From NCBI RefSeq assembly GCF_006345805.1, contig NC_043010.1, positions 17,608,001 through 17,672,000 of the forward strand: DNA of 64,000 nt, read 5' to 3'. The notes under the pieces are model-generated. The model had not been told where the DNA came from and did not search any database. It was given only the letters and a program-made list of their open reading frames with translations. A program made the translations under genes and the position numbers. This DNA is from Octopus sinensis. Taxonomy: Eukaryota. Positions 49,441 to 63,589 of the stretch are shown here, piece after piece; position 1 is the first letter of the stretch, and each line of letters begins with the position of its first letter.

Positions 49441-49701
49441 CAACAACAATAACAACACCAACAACAACAATGATAGTAATAATGATGATGGTGATGATGT
49501 TGATGATGATGATGATAAAAATGTTTGATATGAGCATAAGGCTTTTGTCTGTTTAGACTGCTCCCACAACTTGACAGGGATTTTTATCAATTCTAGAATG
49601 AAAGGAAAAAGAAAATAATGGTTTTACAACTGGGGTCTTTTGCCCAACACTCTATCACCTTTTAATTGAATAATATTAATAATAATAATAATAATAATAA
49701 T

Positions 49702-50213
49702 ACTTTTTCTTATTGGCCACAAGGGCCAAACACAAAACAAACGGGGTACAATACAAGGGACAAGTGGGATGTTGGACAATGCTGCGTATACAATAAATAA
49801 CAAAAAACAAATAACAAAACAATTAAACAATAAAACTTTGCCAAAAGGAGTGAGTTCCTCACAGGGACAACTGCAGAACCCCACAGAACCTGGTTATCCT
49901 GACCACTAGGTGCACCTCAGCAGGCACCTCTCTCCTCAACTCCTCCCGTCTACAAATGAAAGATCAGAGTAGGCCCATTCACACGGGCCATCCTCACCAC
50001 ATACACCCACCTTTCAAAAAATTTACTCGGGTGGGGGAAGAAGTTCCCTCTCTAATCTCACTTTCCTTTTCAACTTGAAAAATCAATGAAGACTTGACTG
50101 AAGAGGAAAGTATCTGTCTTTAGTCCTTTCAATCTCGTCCACCACACCACCTCCTTCGCCACCAGACAGAGGAAAACTGCCTTTCCTTCCCAGTCAAAGA
50201 AAGGCAGCGGGGC
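49702..50213 (-). mobile_element. Tx1/L1-like LINE 3' end
   Basis: AVFLCLVAKEVVWWTRLKGLKTDTFL..KRKVRLERE C-terminus, UTR and A-rich tail into (ATT)n. Confidence 0.65.
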
Positions 50214-50224
50214 AACAATAATAA

Positions 50225-50760
50225 ATGCCCTGATGCAGTACCAGGCAGTGGCTCTCATGGCTTCTGATCTTAACTGATTGGAAGTGTTATCATGTACATT
50301 GTTTTGTCTTGGTATAAAAGATGGGCTACAGCAAATATTCTGCTCAACACCACAGATTTGCTTGTCAGTTGTTTGACCATAATCAGTTGAACATGTCCCT
50401 TAGTGGCTGACAATATGTGCATCTCTGATCCCACGCAGAAGTAGTGGGGGAGCATCATAGCTATGGTTTGAATAATACACCTCTGGAAACATAGATGTTT
50501 TGTTCATCATCCTTAAACAAACCTTATGCAGGGACCTTTTGAGCGGGATGGGTTACTCGACCAGAAGAAAATTCTAAGTGGGCCCCACCTGCAAGGTTAT
50601 GTGCTGTTTATCTTGATATGAGATCACTATGTCATGCACATATCGTTGTGATGCATGTGCCTGGTGTACCCTTATCAGACGGGTAGTCATGATGGGCATA
50701 CTGGGCTTCGTATAATTGTACCCCAGTGTTACTTTGATGGCATGCACTGCTCTCTCACTC
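50225..50760 (+). mobile_element. 560-bp (AAT)n-bounded element, second copy
   Basis: Same 5' (ATGCCCTGATGCAGTACC) and 3' (CTCTCTCACTC) ends as 15599-16154. Confidence 0.85.
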
Positions 50761-50812
<52 letters not shown>

Positions 50813-50971
50813 GGTATGATAAAAAACATTCAGACAAATACATAACAAAAACACCAGGAAATACAGGAAATAACACCACTAGGCACCACACACATCTTAC
50901 GTTAAACACTTTCAATACAGTAAAAGTGAGAGCATCAGAGCAAACCACAGCACATACCCATGGCACACAGA

Positions 50972-50972
<1 letters not shown>
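50813..50972 (+). mobile_element. R4/Dong-like extreme 3' end
   Basis: Homologous to 13084-13278; flanked by (AAT)n. Confidence 0.75.
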
Positions 50973-51005
<33 letters not shown>

Positions 51006-52524
51006 TGAGTAACCATATAGCTCCTCTACCCCACAAAAACCTATTCTGTTTTGGCGCCTTCTCTCATCTCCTAGCTTAAAGCCATCCCCTTCTCAACAGT
51101 AGGGGATTTTAGTCATGCAAGCTACATGGGGACCCTATTAATGTTGGTGCCATGAAAAAACAGCATTCTATAAAATGGTTAGCATTAGGAAAGGCATCCA
51201 GCCATAGGTACCATGCCAAAGCAGACACTGGAATATGATGCAATCCTTCAAACCTTATGGATCCTTTCAAACAATCCAGCGCATCCCTGAATGAAACGGG
51301 GACATTAAAGGGTTCCCTGCAGACAGAGTAAACGTAAATTAAAAACAAGGGACTTGTTAGGTTCATTTTGATAGAAAAGAGTGAAATCAACATCAATGAA
51401 GAACAATCAATATTAACAATAAAGCAAAACAACAATACAACCAACAAGTTAAGCTCCTTAAAATAGGAGGCAATCACAGAGGATGCTTTAGGGTACCCCA
51501 CAAATAACCCCCATATAACCCCGTCACACCAAAGATATGTAACTTCTCCCAGCTACATACGTGCCAATCTACAACCACAAACCATATCTTTGATGGAATA
51601 AAAGTTACACCAGTTTATTAGACTCACAGCCCAGTTTAGGTTTTGCATACGCAGGGAACAAAAAAAGGCCTTTATCAATTAAAGAATGTAGTATAAGCTG
51701 AACTTGCATATAGGACCCAGGGGGATTTTCTTGGACATTCGGGTGGAGAGGGACAAAAGTGAGCCTCCAAAGGCATCAAATACAGTTTTTGATTTATGTC
51801 CTTACCACTTCCCCAACATTTGCCTTCCAAATGATTCCCTGAAGAGACAGCACCTGCCTCTCAACATTCACTATTCCCCTTTAAGTTGAAAAAGACATGA
51901 CCTCCTCCTCCTCCTCCTCATCATCATCATCATCACTATCTTTATCATCATTTGAAGTTTGTTTTCCAGGCTGGCATGGGTTGGATGTTCTGATAGGATT
52001 CAGTAAGGTATAGGACCACATCAGGTTCCAACATCAGCTACGGCATGGTCTCTGTGGCTGAATGCCCACCATCACCACCAGGCAAAAGAAGACCACGGGC
52101 TCTTCTTTGTTAAAGACAAGTGATGAGTCAATCTTCAGGATTAACTTAATCCCAGTACATAACTGGTACATTATTTTATTGATTTCACAATCAACTTCAA
52201 TAGAATTTAAAATCCGAAGTAATTGGTTTGCTATCCTGTCAATTCTACTCAATGAAAAGGACGACCGAAGCCTTGTGAGTGGATCTGTTAAATGGAAACT
52301 GAAAGAAGCCCATCGTATACATACATATATATATATGTATGTATGTGAATGTGTCTTCATGTCTGTCTTTGACTCCCACCATCATCTGACAATTGATGGT
52401 GGTGTGGTTACATCCCCAGAACTTAGCAGTTCAGTAAAAGAGACAGAATAAGTATCATTACTTTAAAAGAGTCAATTCATTCAAGTAAAATTCAAGGCAG
52501 TGCCCCAGCATGGCCACCTTGTAA

Positions 52525-52688
52525 TGATGTAGATAGATAAACAGATAGATAGATAGATAGATAGATAGACAGACTGATGGACGGACGGATGGACAGACAG
52601 ACAGACAGACAGATAGATAGATAGATAGATAGATATAGATAGATAGACAGACTGATGGACGGACGGATGGACAGACAGACAGACAGAC

Positions 52689-52731
<43 letters not shown>

Positions 52732-52896
52732 CAGACTGATGGACGGACGGATGGACAGACAGACAGACAGCTAGATAGATAGACAGATAGATAGATAGAC
52801 AGACTGATGGACGGACGGATGGACAGACAGACAGACAGCTAGATAGATAGATAGATAGATGGATAGATAGACTGATGGACGGACGGATGGACAGAC

Positions 52897-52931
<35 letters not shown>

Positions 52932-52975
52932 CAGACTGATGGACGGACAGATAGACAGATAGACAGATAGACACC
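52525..52975. repeat. Higher-order (GATA)/(GACA)/(GGAC) minisatellite
   Basis: About six GACAGACTGATGGACGGAC anchors. Confidence 0.93.
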
Positions 52976-53243
52976 TAACAGCACATCTAATGTTGAAGAG
53001 CTGTCCCCGTGATAACAAAAACAAACAAAGCTATTGAATTGTAAATTAATAAACACTAATTAGGTGGAGAGATGATTTAATGAAAACAATTTGAATAAAT
53101 GAATGATGGAGAAAAGAAAACAGCAGATAATTGAATCTAAAATAATTGAAGCGTCAAAAGGTCAAAACACAACAATACAACAGAGATACGACAGTCTAAA
53201 GGTAGACAACAATATATCTGCATATGTATGTGTACGGCATACT

Positions 53244-53348
<105 letters not shown>

Positions 53349-53420
53349 TATATATAATATATATATATATATGTATGGCCGCAGTCAAATGACTGAAACA
53401 AGTAAAAGAATATATAAATA

Positions 53421-53456
<36 letters not shown>

Positions 53457-54075
53457 CATACACATATATTTATAACCATTGTTTTTCATGTGTCATCTCT
53501 TTTTCTTATATATACATATATATACATATCTGTATGAGTGTGTGTATATATGTGTGTGTATGTGAGTGTGTGTGTATATATATATATTTATAATAAAATA
53601 AAACATATGCATATATACATACATATATGTACGTACCTACCTCATATATATATATACATACACACACACATGAAACATACATACATATAAGCACATATAT
53701 ATGTAAAATATATATACATATTTGTTTATATGAACTGACACATTTTAAATTTGAAGGTAACTAAGAAACAATGGGGAGAGAGAGGGGGAGAGAGAAGGCC
53801 CTCTCCCTGCCACTTACAAAAGAGAAAAGAAAGGAAAGCACTCTACCCCCTCCCACTCACATTTATAAAGCAACAAGCTGTTGTTGTTTTTTTAAAAAAA
53901 CAACTGTAAAACTGTCAGTGACAATGCCAAGGCCATTGGGCCTGTATCAAGGTGAAGGACATATTGTGATGCTTCATAACAGAGGAGACTTACTAACAAG
54001 GAAAGCAAAAAATGGATGCACCAGCTTGTCTGTGTGTCTTTCACTGATTCAAATGACTTTTCTATGATGTAATCA

Positions 54076-54437
54076 TCTCTCTATATATAAACAGCAAAAT
54101 GTCTGTGTGTGTCCTTTATACAAATGCACAATTTTTCAGTTAGAAGGCTCGCACTTTCTATGGTTATTCAAAACCGTCCAAGAGTGGTCGTGCACATCTT
54201 TACATTTCCCCAGTCACCCCACAAAGCCATTAAAAAATCAATAGAAGTGACTTTTTTGTGAATTTTCTATCCAAAACCCAATCAAAATGCCCGAAACTTG
54301 ATACGCCAATTGAATGCCAGCTAGCTATATGTGATTGGTCAGAGATTTGGACAGTATTCGCGTGTATGTGCGCACGTACGCAGCTGTATATGCCTGCACT
54401 AGTACTATGACCCGGCGTTGCTGGGTCATAGTGCTAG
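54076..54437 (+). mobile_element. Non-autonomous Helitron, 362 bp
   Basis: A|TC start; hairpin ACTATGACCCGG-CGTTG-CTGGGTCATAGT (54404-54432); CTAG|T end. Confidence 0.85.
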
Positions 54438-54488
54438 TATATATATAAATGAGCATGTGTTTCTCTTTAAATATATATAGAGAGAGAT

Positions 54489-55889
54489 ATCATCATTTAA
54501 CGTCTGTGTTCCATGCTAGCATGAGTGGGATGGTTTCACAGGAACCAGCCAGGCCGAAGCCTGCACCAGACGTCTCTGACTGTTTTGGCAGGAATTTTAC
54601 AGCTGGATGCCCTTCCTAACACCAACCACTCAGCAGAGTGGACTTAGTGCTTTTCACGTGGCACAAGCACAGGAGAGGTCAGTTTTGGCAAGGTTTTCAC
54701 AGCTGGATGCCCTTCTGAACACCAATGACTTTACAGTGTGGACTGGGTGCTTTTAAGTGGCACCTGCACTGACAGGGTCACCAAGTACTAGCAAGACAAA
54801 AACTTTTAAGAGGGGAGGAGGCATTGGAGGAAGTGATGATGAAAAGGTTATAGTGAGATAGATACAGGTGTCTTGCTGTAGAGGAAGTACAAGATTACCT
54901 GGCCGGAGAGAGAGAAAGATCAGGAATGAAGACAGAAACAGGTGTGCTACCACAAAGAAAATACACGGTTGGCCAACTTGAGGGAAGTGCAGGAGAAGGA
55001 GAGAGAGAGAGACAGACAGCAGGATGGAGATGGTGGCAAAGTGCTGAGCATACTCACAAGGGACAGGGATCAGAGTATAAATGAGATGGTTGAGTAAAGG
55101 AAGAGAGAGATATAGAGAGTGGCAAGTGCCAGGGGATAGCCTTGAGGTTCAAGTGCCATATGAGTGACAGGATATTGCGAAGGGAGTGCGATTAAAGAGT
55201 GCGAGTAAGAGGTGAAAGACCTCAGTATATATAGAGTTGGAGGGGCTGCTGGATAGCAATGATACAGAGGAACAGGGGTGTGAGGACAGGATTAGGGAGT
55301 GAGAGCTAGGCATAGTGAATGAAGGAGGAAATATAAGAAAGAGATGTAGATTGGTTTGTTGGGGTAGGGTGAGTGAAAAGTTTTCTTGTTCTGTGTGGGT
55401 GGAACACCCAAATCAGGGGCTAGTAGATAGCAATAATAGAGTGAGACAAGGCATGTGGGTAGAACGCACAGGTTGGGGGCAGGCAGAGAACAATGATACA
55501 GTGGCACAGGGCCAAGAGGGCAGGATTGGGGAGTGGGAGGTAAGCATAGTTCATGAAGTGGAAATGTGAGGAAGAGAAGGGATGTAGAGACATAGTTTGG
55601 TTTGCTGTGGTAGAGTGTGTGAGAAGTTTTCTACACAGCACTTCTAGAACTGTTTTTGCTGACGTGGGCAGGTCTTCTCAAGAACTTCATATCACCAAAC
55701 ATCTTAGTCCATGGTCATTTCCTCTGTGAGGTCCAACTTCCTGAGATCAGTCCTTACCACTTCATCTCATGTCTTCCTGGGTCTCCCTCTTCCATGGGTA
55801 CCATCCACTTTCAGTGATCAGCACTTCTTTATGCAGCTGTCCTCATTCATACACATCACATGTCCAAACCAATGTCATCTTCTCTCTTG
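54489..55889 (-). mobile_element. RTE LINE 3' portion (related subfamily, longer UTR)
   Basis: Minus frame GRGRPRKT..DEVVRTDL..LTEEMT matches the C-terminus of the 21864 ORF; (CAT)n tail. Confidence 0.8.
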
Positions 55890-56302
55890 CTTGCTACGTA
55901 CATATGTGTATATATATATATATATATATGGGGTGTATATATGTATGTGCGCATGTGTGTGTGTATATATATATATATACACACACATACACATAGGTAT
56001 GTACATATGTGTGTGTGTATATGTATGTATACATATACATATATATATATATGAGAGATACATGAATGATGCCAAACCAGATATTGGGACATGATACAAT
56101 CCTGTGAAAGTACCCAACCTATGCCGACATGGAAGAGGATATTAAACAATGCTGTGTTCGTCGTCATTGTCGTCATCCTCTTGTCCTCATCATCCAGCTG
56201 ATGGTGGTGATCATTATTATTATGATTATGATGATGGTGGCAATGATGGTAGTGACAACTGGACTCACAGAACACAAGTCATCATTCCTCGATATTATTA
56301 TC

Positions 56303-56346
<44 letters not shown>

Positions 56347-57375
56347 AACAGCTAGATTGTCAACACAATATCAACTGCCAATGACACAATAATAGTATTA
56401 ATTTTTTAAGTAAGCAAGGGAGATAATTCATAACATGTTTCATCCCTATTACACATCCTCAGTAAAACACTGACTACCTCTAACTTGGCAAAATACTGAT
56501 GAGAGAATCAATCATAAGGTTGAGTGCACAATATTTAAGATTAGAAGGCAATAATTCATATATTTAGAAGAAAAAAACCCATAAATCTCTGAGGAAAATG
56601 CATCTTAGATAATGTTGTTCTCTTGTCCCGTCTGTTGATTACAACACTTGAGCTGCTCTTTTCCTTCGGTCATGTTACACAATGTATCCCCCCCCCACTT
56701 CTCTTTCTGATGTTTTTCTCATGATATAAATGAAATTAGGTCAGTATGTGCTGGATAGGGGTGGGAGAGGTCCTGCTATTGTTGTTGACATATCTGTCTT
56801 TGCTCTTCAATGTGAACTCAGATTCATAAACAAAACATCACTCTCCCCTTCTCTCTCTCTTTCCATCTTTCTCTCTACTTTTCTCTATCTCCTTCTCTCT
56901 CTCCATCTTTCTCTTTCTCTCTCTCACTTCTCTCTCACTCTATTTTAACAAACAAACACACACACACAGGTATGCTTTAGAAAACCTTCAAACTGTCGAA
57001 ACAAGACAATTTTGTTTGTGGTTGTTGTTGTTTTGGAGTTATTAATTACCACAGCACTGGCAGAAGGGTTGTTGAGTGTATATTCGTCTGTGTGCGTGTG
57101 TGTGTTTAGTCAGTTTGAAGGTTTTCTAAACCATACACGTGTGTGTGTGTTCAATCTTACATTAATCTCATGGGTTCTCTCTATTTTTGAAGAGTAAAAA
57201 CCTAATCACCACCCGACTCAAACCCAAAATGATTTGAATTCAGCAGAGACTATACAAAGGGAAGACTTACTCTAATGCATCATTGTCCGATGATGGTATA
57301 GCTGGACAAAACTTTGAAGTCACTGTCAACAACAGTCATATATAACAATGAGAAATATATAATATAGACACACCT

Positions 57376-57438
<63 letters not shown>

Positions 57439-57441
57439 CAT

Positions 57442-57607
57442 AGGCGCAGGAGTGGCAGTGTGGTAAGTAGCTTGTTTACCAACCACATGGTTCTGGGTTC
57501 AGTCCCACTGTGTGGCACCTTGGGCAAGTGTTTTCTACTATTGCCTCAGGCCGACCAAAGCCTTGTGAGTGGATTTGGTAGACAGAAACTGAAAGAAGCC
57601 CGTCGTA

Positions 57608-57671
<64 letters not shown>

Positions 57672-57883
57672 TGTGTGTGTGTGTTTGTCCCCCTAGCATT
57701 GCTTGACAACCGATGCTGGTGTGTTTATGTCCCCCGTTACTTAGCGGTTCGGCAAAAAGAGACCGATAGAATGAGTACTGAGCTTACAAAAAGAGTAAGT
57801 CCCGGGGTCGAGTTGCTCGACTAAAGGCGGTGCTCCAGCATGGCCGCAGTCAAATGACTGAAACAAGTAAAAGAGTAAAAGAG
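57442..57883 (+). mobile_element. SINE family B (tRNA-like head, internal TA/TG microsatellite)
   Basis: GGCGCAGGAGTGGC..GGTTCAGTCCCACTG..CCTTGGGCAAGTG; tail GACTGAAACAAGTAAAAGAG. Confidence 0.9.
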
Positions 57884-57914
57884 ATACATATATACACAAA
57901 ATATATATATAGGG

Positions 57915-58430
57915 ATGTAGCCAGCCCACTTATGCATATCTTTCTTTCTTTGGACACAAAACTCTGCTTGTGAAGACTTGTTGAAGCAAGTGGAATCGAA
58001 ATTGAATTTGAAATCGAACCCGATGACTGGCACCCATGCCAACCTCCCTTCATTGGACACTAAACTCTGCTTGCGAAAACCTGTTGGAGCGAGTGAAATT
58101 GAAATTGAACCAAATTTGATGACTGGCACCCATTCCAGTGGAACGCTAACAGCTCCATCTGAGCAGGATCACTGCCAGAGCGGCTGTCTGGCTTCCATGC
58201 CAGTGGCACATAAAAAGCACCATTAGAACATGATAGTTACCAGCGTCGCCTTACTGGTACGTGAAAAAAACATTCGAGCGAGGTCGTTGTCAGTGCCGCT
58301 GGACTGACTCCTGTGTGGGTGGCACATAAAAAACCCCATTTGAACGTGGCCGTTGCCAGTACCGCCAGACTGGCCCTCATGCCAGTGACACATAAAAGCA
58401 CCCACTTCTATTTGGAATTCATCACTACAT
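57915..58430 (+). mobile_element. RTE 3' UTR fragment
   Basis: Matches 24335-24700. Confidence 0.8.
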
Positions 58431-58544
58431 ATATATATATAAAGATATACACACACATACACATACAGATATTGTATATTGAGAAAAAGGAGGCAGTCAG
58501 AATTTTGGATAATTCTTTATTCTATATATATATATATATATATA

Positions 58545-59020
58545 TATCATCATCATCGTTTAACGTCTGCTTTCTATGCAAGCATGGGTTGGACGATTTG
58601 TCTGAGGACTGGCGAGCCAGAAGGCTGCACCAGGCTCCAATCTAATCTGGCAAAGTTTCTACAGCTGGATGCCCTTCCTAGTGCCAACCACTCTGAGAGT
58701 GTAGTGGGTTCTTTTACGTGCCCCCAGCATGAGGGCCAGTCAGGCGGTTCTGGCAATGACCATACTCAGAAGGTGTTTTTACGTGCTACCTGCACGGGAG
58801 CCAGTCCGGCGACACTAGCAACGACCATGCTCAAATGTTGTTTTTCAAGTGCCACTGGTACATGTGCCATTAAGGCGATGCTGGCAATGATCACACTTGA
58901 ATGGTGCTTTTTACGTGTCACCGAGATGGGAGCTAGTCAGTGGCCCTGGCAACAATCACTCTTGGATGTGCTTTTAATGTTCCACTGGCACAAGTGCCAA
59001 TCAGGCAGTACTGTTATAGG
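58545..59020 (-). mobile_element. RTE 3' UTR fragment
   Basis: (CAT)n tail plus internally repeated UTR. Confidence 0.82.
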
Positions 59021-59100
59021 CCACGTCAGAAATTTTGATTTATATATATGTGTGTGTGTGTGTGTGTATATGTATGTATGTATGCATGTGTGTATAATAT

Positions 59101-59608
<508 letters not shown>

Positions 59609-60066
59609 TATTTATTTAGTAGATAGATATACATATATAGATACATGCAAGCATAAATATATATGTATATATACACACACACACATATATAAACACACAT
59701 ACACACACACACACATATATTCTATTATTCTCTTACTATATATATTTTCTTTTTCTTTCTTTTTTTTTCTGTTTTAGTTTCAGCTCAGAGCTGTGGACAT
59801 GCGGATGCACCGCCGTTAAAAATATTTTGTAATCTCTATAAAATTCAATTATCAAGAACTCAACTGCCACTTAAATACATTTTGAAATCTGATATATATA
59901 CGATGGGCTTGGTCGGCCCGATGCTATAGAAGACACTTGCCCAAGGTGCCACGCAATGGTACTGTACCCGGAACTAAGCAAGCTACTTACCACACAGCCA
60001 CTCCTGCATGTTCAAATTATATATATATATATATACATAAATTAATTTTGAAAGGAATTCTTCCAC

Positions 60067-60469
60067 AGGCGCAGGAGTGGCTGTGTGGTAAGTAGCTTGC
60101 TAACCAACCACATGATTCCGGGTTCAGTCCCACTGCGTGGCATCTTGGGCAAGTGTCTTCTGCTATAGCCCCGGGCCGACCAATGCCTTGTGAGTGGATT
60201 TGGTAGAGGGAAACTGAAAGAAGCCTGTCGTATATATGTATATATATATAAGTGTGTGTGCATATGTTTGTGTGTCTGTGTTTGTCCCCCTAGCATTGCT
60301 TGACAACCGATGCTGGTGTGTTTACGTCCCCGTCACTTAGTGGTTCGGCAAAAGTGACTGATAGAATAAGTACTGGGCTTACAAAGAATAAGTCCTGGGG
60401 TCGATTTGCTCGACTAAAGGCGGTGCTCCAGCATGGCCGTAGTCAAATGACTGAAACAAGTAAAAGAGT
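60067..60469 (+). mobile_element. SINE family B full copy
   Basis: Colinear with 57442-57883. Confidence 0.9.
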
Positions 60470-60587
60470 AGATCCAACAAATTTTGAACTTAGCACATTA
60501 CCCCTACCTATAGCACTGTCTTTGTGAACCCCAGAGTAAGCGGGTGACAACTTTAGAAATATGTTAACACAAGAAGGATTGAGTGCA

Positions 60588-61165
60588 TGGTTAATATAAA
60601 GCGTTACGCCTATCAGAAAATTTTTAAAAAAATGTGTGTAATAGGTGTAAAACAACTTCCTATGAACGAATATGAAAAAAAAATGCTCGCACGCGAAAGG
60701 GGGGTGGGGGAGAGGCCTCGGAAAATTCACATCGGGAAGTTCCGAAAGCGTCTGAGGGGCTGACCCGGGCATGAATATGACCAAAAAAATGCGCTCTCGC
60801 GAAAGAGGGGTGGGGGAGAGGCCTCGGAAAATTTATATCGGGAATTTCCGAAAGCGTCTGAGGGGCTGACCCGGGCACCAAAACAAAAAAAAAATAGTGT
60901 AATTGGTGTAAAACACTTGCTCTAAACGAATATGATAAAAAAAAATGCGCGCTCGCGAAAGGGGGGTGGGGGAGAGGCTTCGGAAATTTCCCATCTTCAG
61001 TCCACGGCCTTTAAACTAAGAAAAAATAGTGTAATTGGTGTAAAACTACTTGTTCTAAACGATTATCAAGAACACACACTCACACATGAATCATAAACTC
61101 CGTATTTTTGTACATATTTCGCAAAAAAAAAATTAATAAAGAGAAGAAATTCTGGAAAAAGTGAC
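60588..61165 (+). repeat. GC-rich arm built of about 130-150-bp subrepeats (copy 1)
   Basis: Repeated GTGTAAAAC..TAAACGAA..CGCGAAAG(G/A)GGGGTGGGGGAGAGG. Confidence 0.9.
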
Positions 61166-61279
61166 GCAATTTGAAACCTTAATTGCACTCGATTCAAAAA
61201 CTATTGTAGATTTTGACATTATGATGCTTGACCTTTCCTAGTTTTATGATATCTATATACATTAAAAATTATAGGTTGT

Positions 61280-61600
61280 TTGCACCAACTGTTAAAAAAA
61301 AATATAGTAGTTGGAACAATTCGTCAGAACAGAAGGGAATTACCAGAAACAGTAAAACAGGTGAAACCAGTCCATGGAACTGTGGTTTTGAAATGCAGAG
61401 AAGCCTACTGTCACATTTACATCGTACCAGTGCAAAAAACCAAAGTCTGTTGTTGTTTTGAGAACCAACATGTAGAAGTTCCTTCTGAAAATAATCCCAA
61501 GAAGCCTGACACCATACGTTTTTATAACGAAAATAGGATAGGCGTAGACGTGCTTGAGCAAATGGCAAGACTTTATTCCACGCTAATATACTCGTATGTA
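61280..61600 (+). pseudogene. piggyBac (PGBD-like) transposase fragment
   Basis: GTIRQNRRELP and KKPDTIRFYNENRIGVDVLEQMARLYST. Confidence 0.82.
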
Positions 61601-61828
61601 CAAAATATAGTAAATTTTTCAATCAAAATTTATTCTATATTCGCATACCTATTTGCGACATAGGTCGCGTTTCCACTACGAATTAAAATGATCAGAAATC
61701 GTCCGGTGACTGGCATTTGAATGGAAATTTTGTTATCACTATAAAACACATATTGCTAGGTTTATATCGCCCCTTTGAGACCCAACTACACTTTAGCTTA
61801 AAAATATAGAATACCTCATAAGTAATAT

Positions 61829-62123
61829 TGTTTGTTCCTTCTCGAGCCATGCCTGGCTCATAAGAGCCGGTTTCCCGGTTTCCTTGGCGTATAGGTTCCC
61901 CACCTGGACGAGACACCGGTCCGTCGCAGGTGAGCTGCAAGATGCAGGAGGAAAGAGTGAGAGAAAGCTGTGGCGAAAGTGTCAGCAGGAGTCTCGTCAT
62001 TACCTTCTGCCGGAGCCGCATGGAGCTTAGGTGTTTTCGCTTATAAACACACATCACCTGGTCCGAGATTTGAACCCGCGACCGCGAGTCCGCTGCTCTA
62101 ACCACTAGGCCATGTGCCCCCAC
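61829..62123 (-). mobile_element. SINE family C full copy
   Basis: Reverse complement of 6806-7115; 12-bp TSD CATAAGTAATAT at 61817-61828 and 62124-62135. Confidence 0.92.
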
Positions 62124-62308
62124 CATAAGTAATATAAACGTTCTAAATTCAGTGGCGGCATTAATGAAGATGTTACGCGTTAATTTAATGAGTTAAACTT
62201 ATCTTTATTAATGTATATCGGATATATATATACAAGATTTACACAGATATAAGAGTTAGAACCTGTGATCCGCCCGCGGCTATCCATCGCTCTATTCAGG
62301 AAACATCG

Positions 62309-62937
62309 GTTAATATAGGGCGTAACAAATATCAGAAAATCAAAAAAAAAATGTGTGTAATAGGTGTAAAACAACTTCCTATGAACGAATATGAAAAAAA
62401 AATTCGCGCACGCGAAAGGGGGGTGGGGGAGAGGCCTCGGAAAATTCACATCGGGAAGTTCCGAAAGCGTCTGAGGGGCTGACCCGGGCACCAAAACAAA
62501 AAAAATAGTGTAATATGTGTAAAACAACTTGCTCTAAACGAATATGAAAAAAAAATGCGCTCTCGAGAAAGAGGGGTGGGGGAGAGGCCTCGGAATATTT
62601 ATATCGGGAATTTCCGAAGCGTCTGAACCGGGCACAAAAACAAAAACAAAAACAGCGTAATAGGTGTAAAACACTTGCTCTAAACGACTATCATGAAAAA
62701 AATGCGCGCTCGCGAAAGGGGGGTGGGGGAGATGCTTCGGAAATTTCCCATCTTCAGTCCACGGCCTTTAAACTAAGAAAAAATAGTAATTGGTGTAAAA
62801 CTACTTGTTCTAAACGAGTATCAAGAACACACACTCACACATGAATCATAAACTCCGTATTTCGCAAAAAAAAAAAATAAAGAAGAAATTCTGGAAAAAG
62901 TGAAGAAATGTTGGATCTCCGCATGTGAATCAAAATA
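62309..62937 (+). repeat. GC-rich subrepeat arm (copy 2; left arm of a fold-back)
   Basis: GTAAAAC anchors at 62366, 62519, 62666 and 62795. Confidence 0.9.
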
Positions 62938-63589
62938 CGTCTCAGAAACATCTTGAAATACTACAGAAATTATGTTACGAAAATGATAATGTATACATAC
63001 CTCTTTGAGTGGTCCATCGATAATGATGATAAAGAAATGAGTTGGATTTGAACTCAGAATATTGACTAACACAACTACATACTACAACTCAAATATTCAG
63101 CCAAGTCACCACCCTTTAACTAGCAATAATAATAACATCAATAACATAACAGCCAAAAGATTTATTTGTTCTGAAAATAACAATCATAGTAAATAAATAT
63201 GTTCTTTAATATTCACATTCATGTGCACAGTTAAACACACTTACATACAAACAGTCACGCATGCATAATACAGAACGGAACACATAATGAAGGATGCATT
63301 ACTTAGTATATATTATCTAGAGAATTTTGATTAATAAGTCAAATATGCAAATTATAAGATAATTAATTGCTTTACTAAACAGTGTTGTAAGGTGAAAAAA
63401 TAATTTGGGAAAAAAATACACGCCAAAACTAATTAATAAAGGATAATTAGGGAAGGATTGACACAAAATAATAATTTTTTCTGTCTCTTTTTTTCTGAAA
63501 ATGCATCTTAATAAGTGAGAATTGCATATATCTGAACTATTTCAAAGAAAAGCATAAATTTAATGTTTAAAATAGCTTTAACCAAGGAA

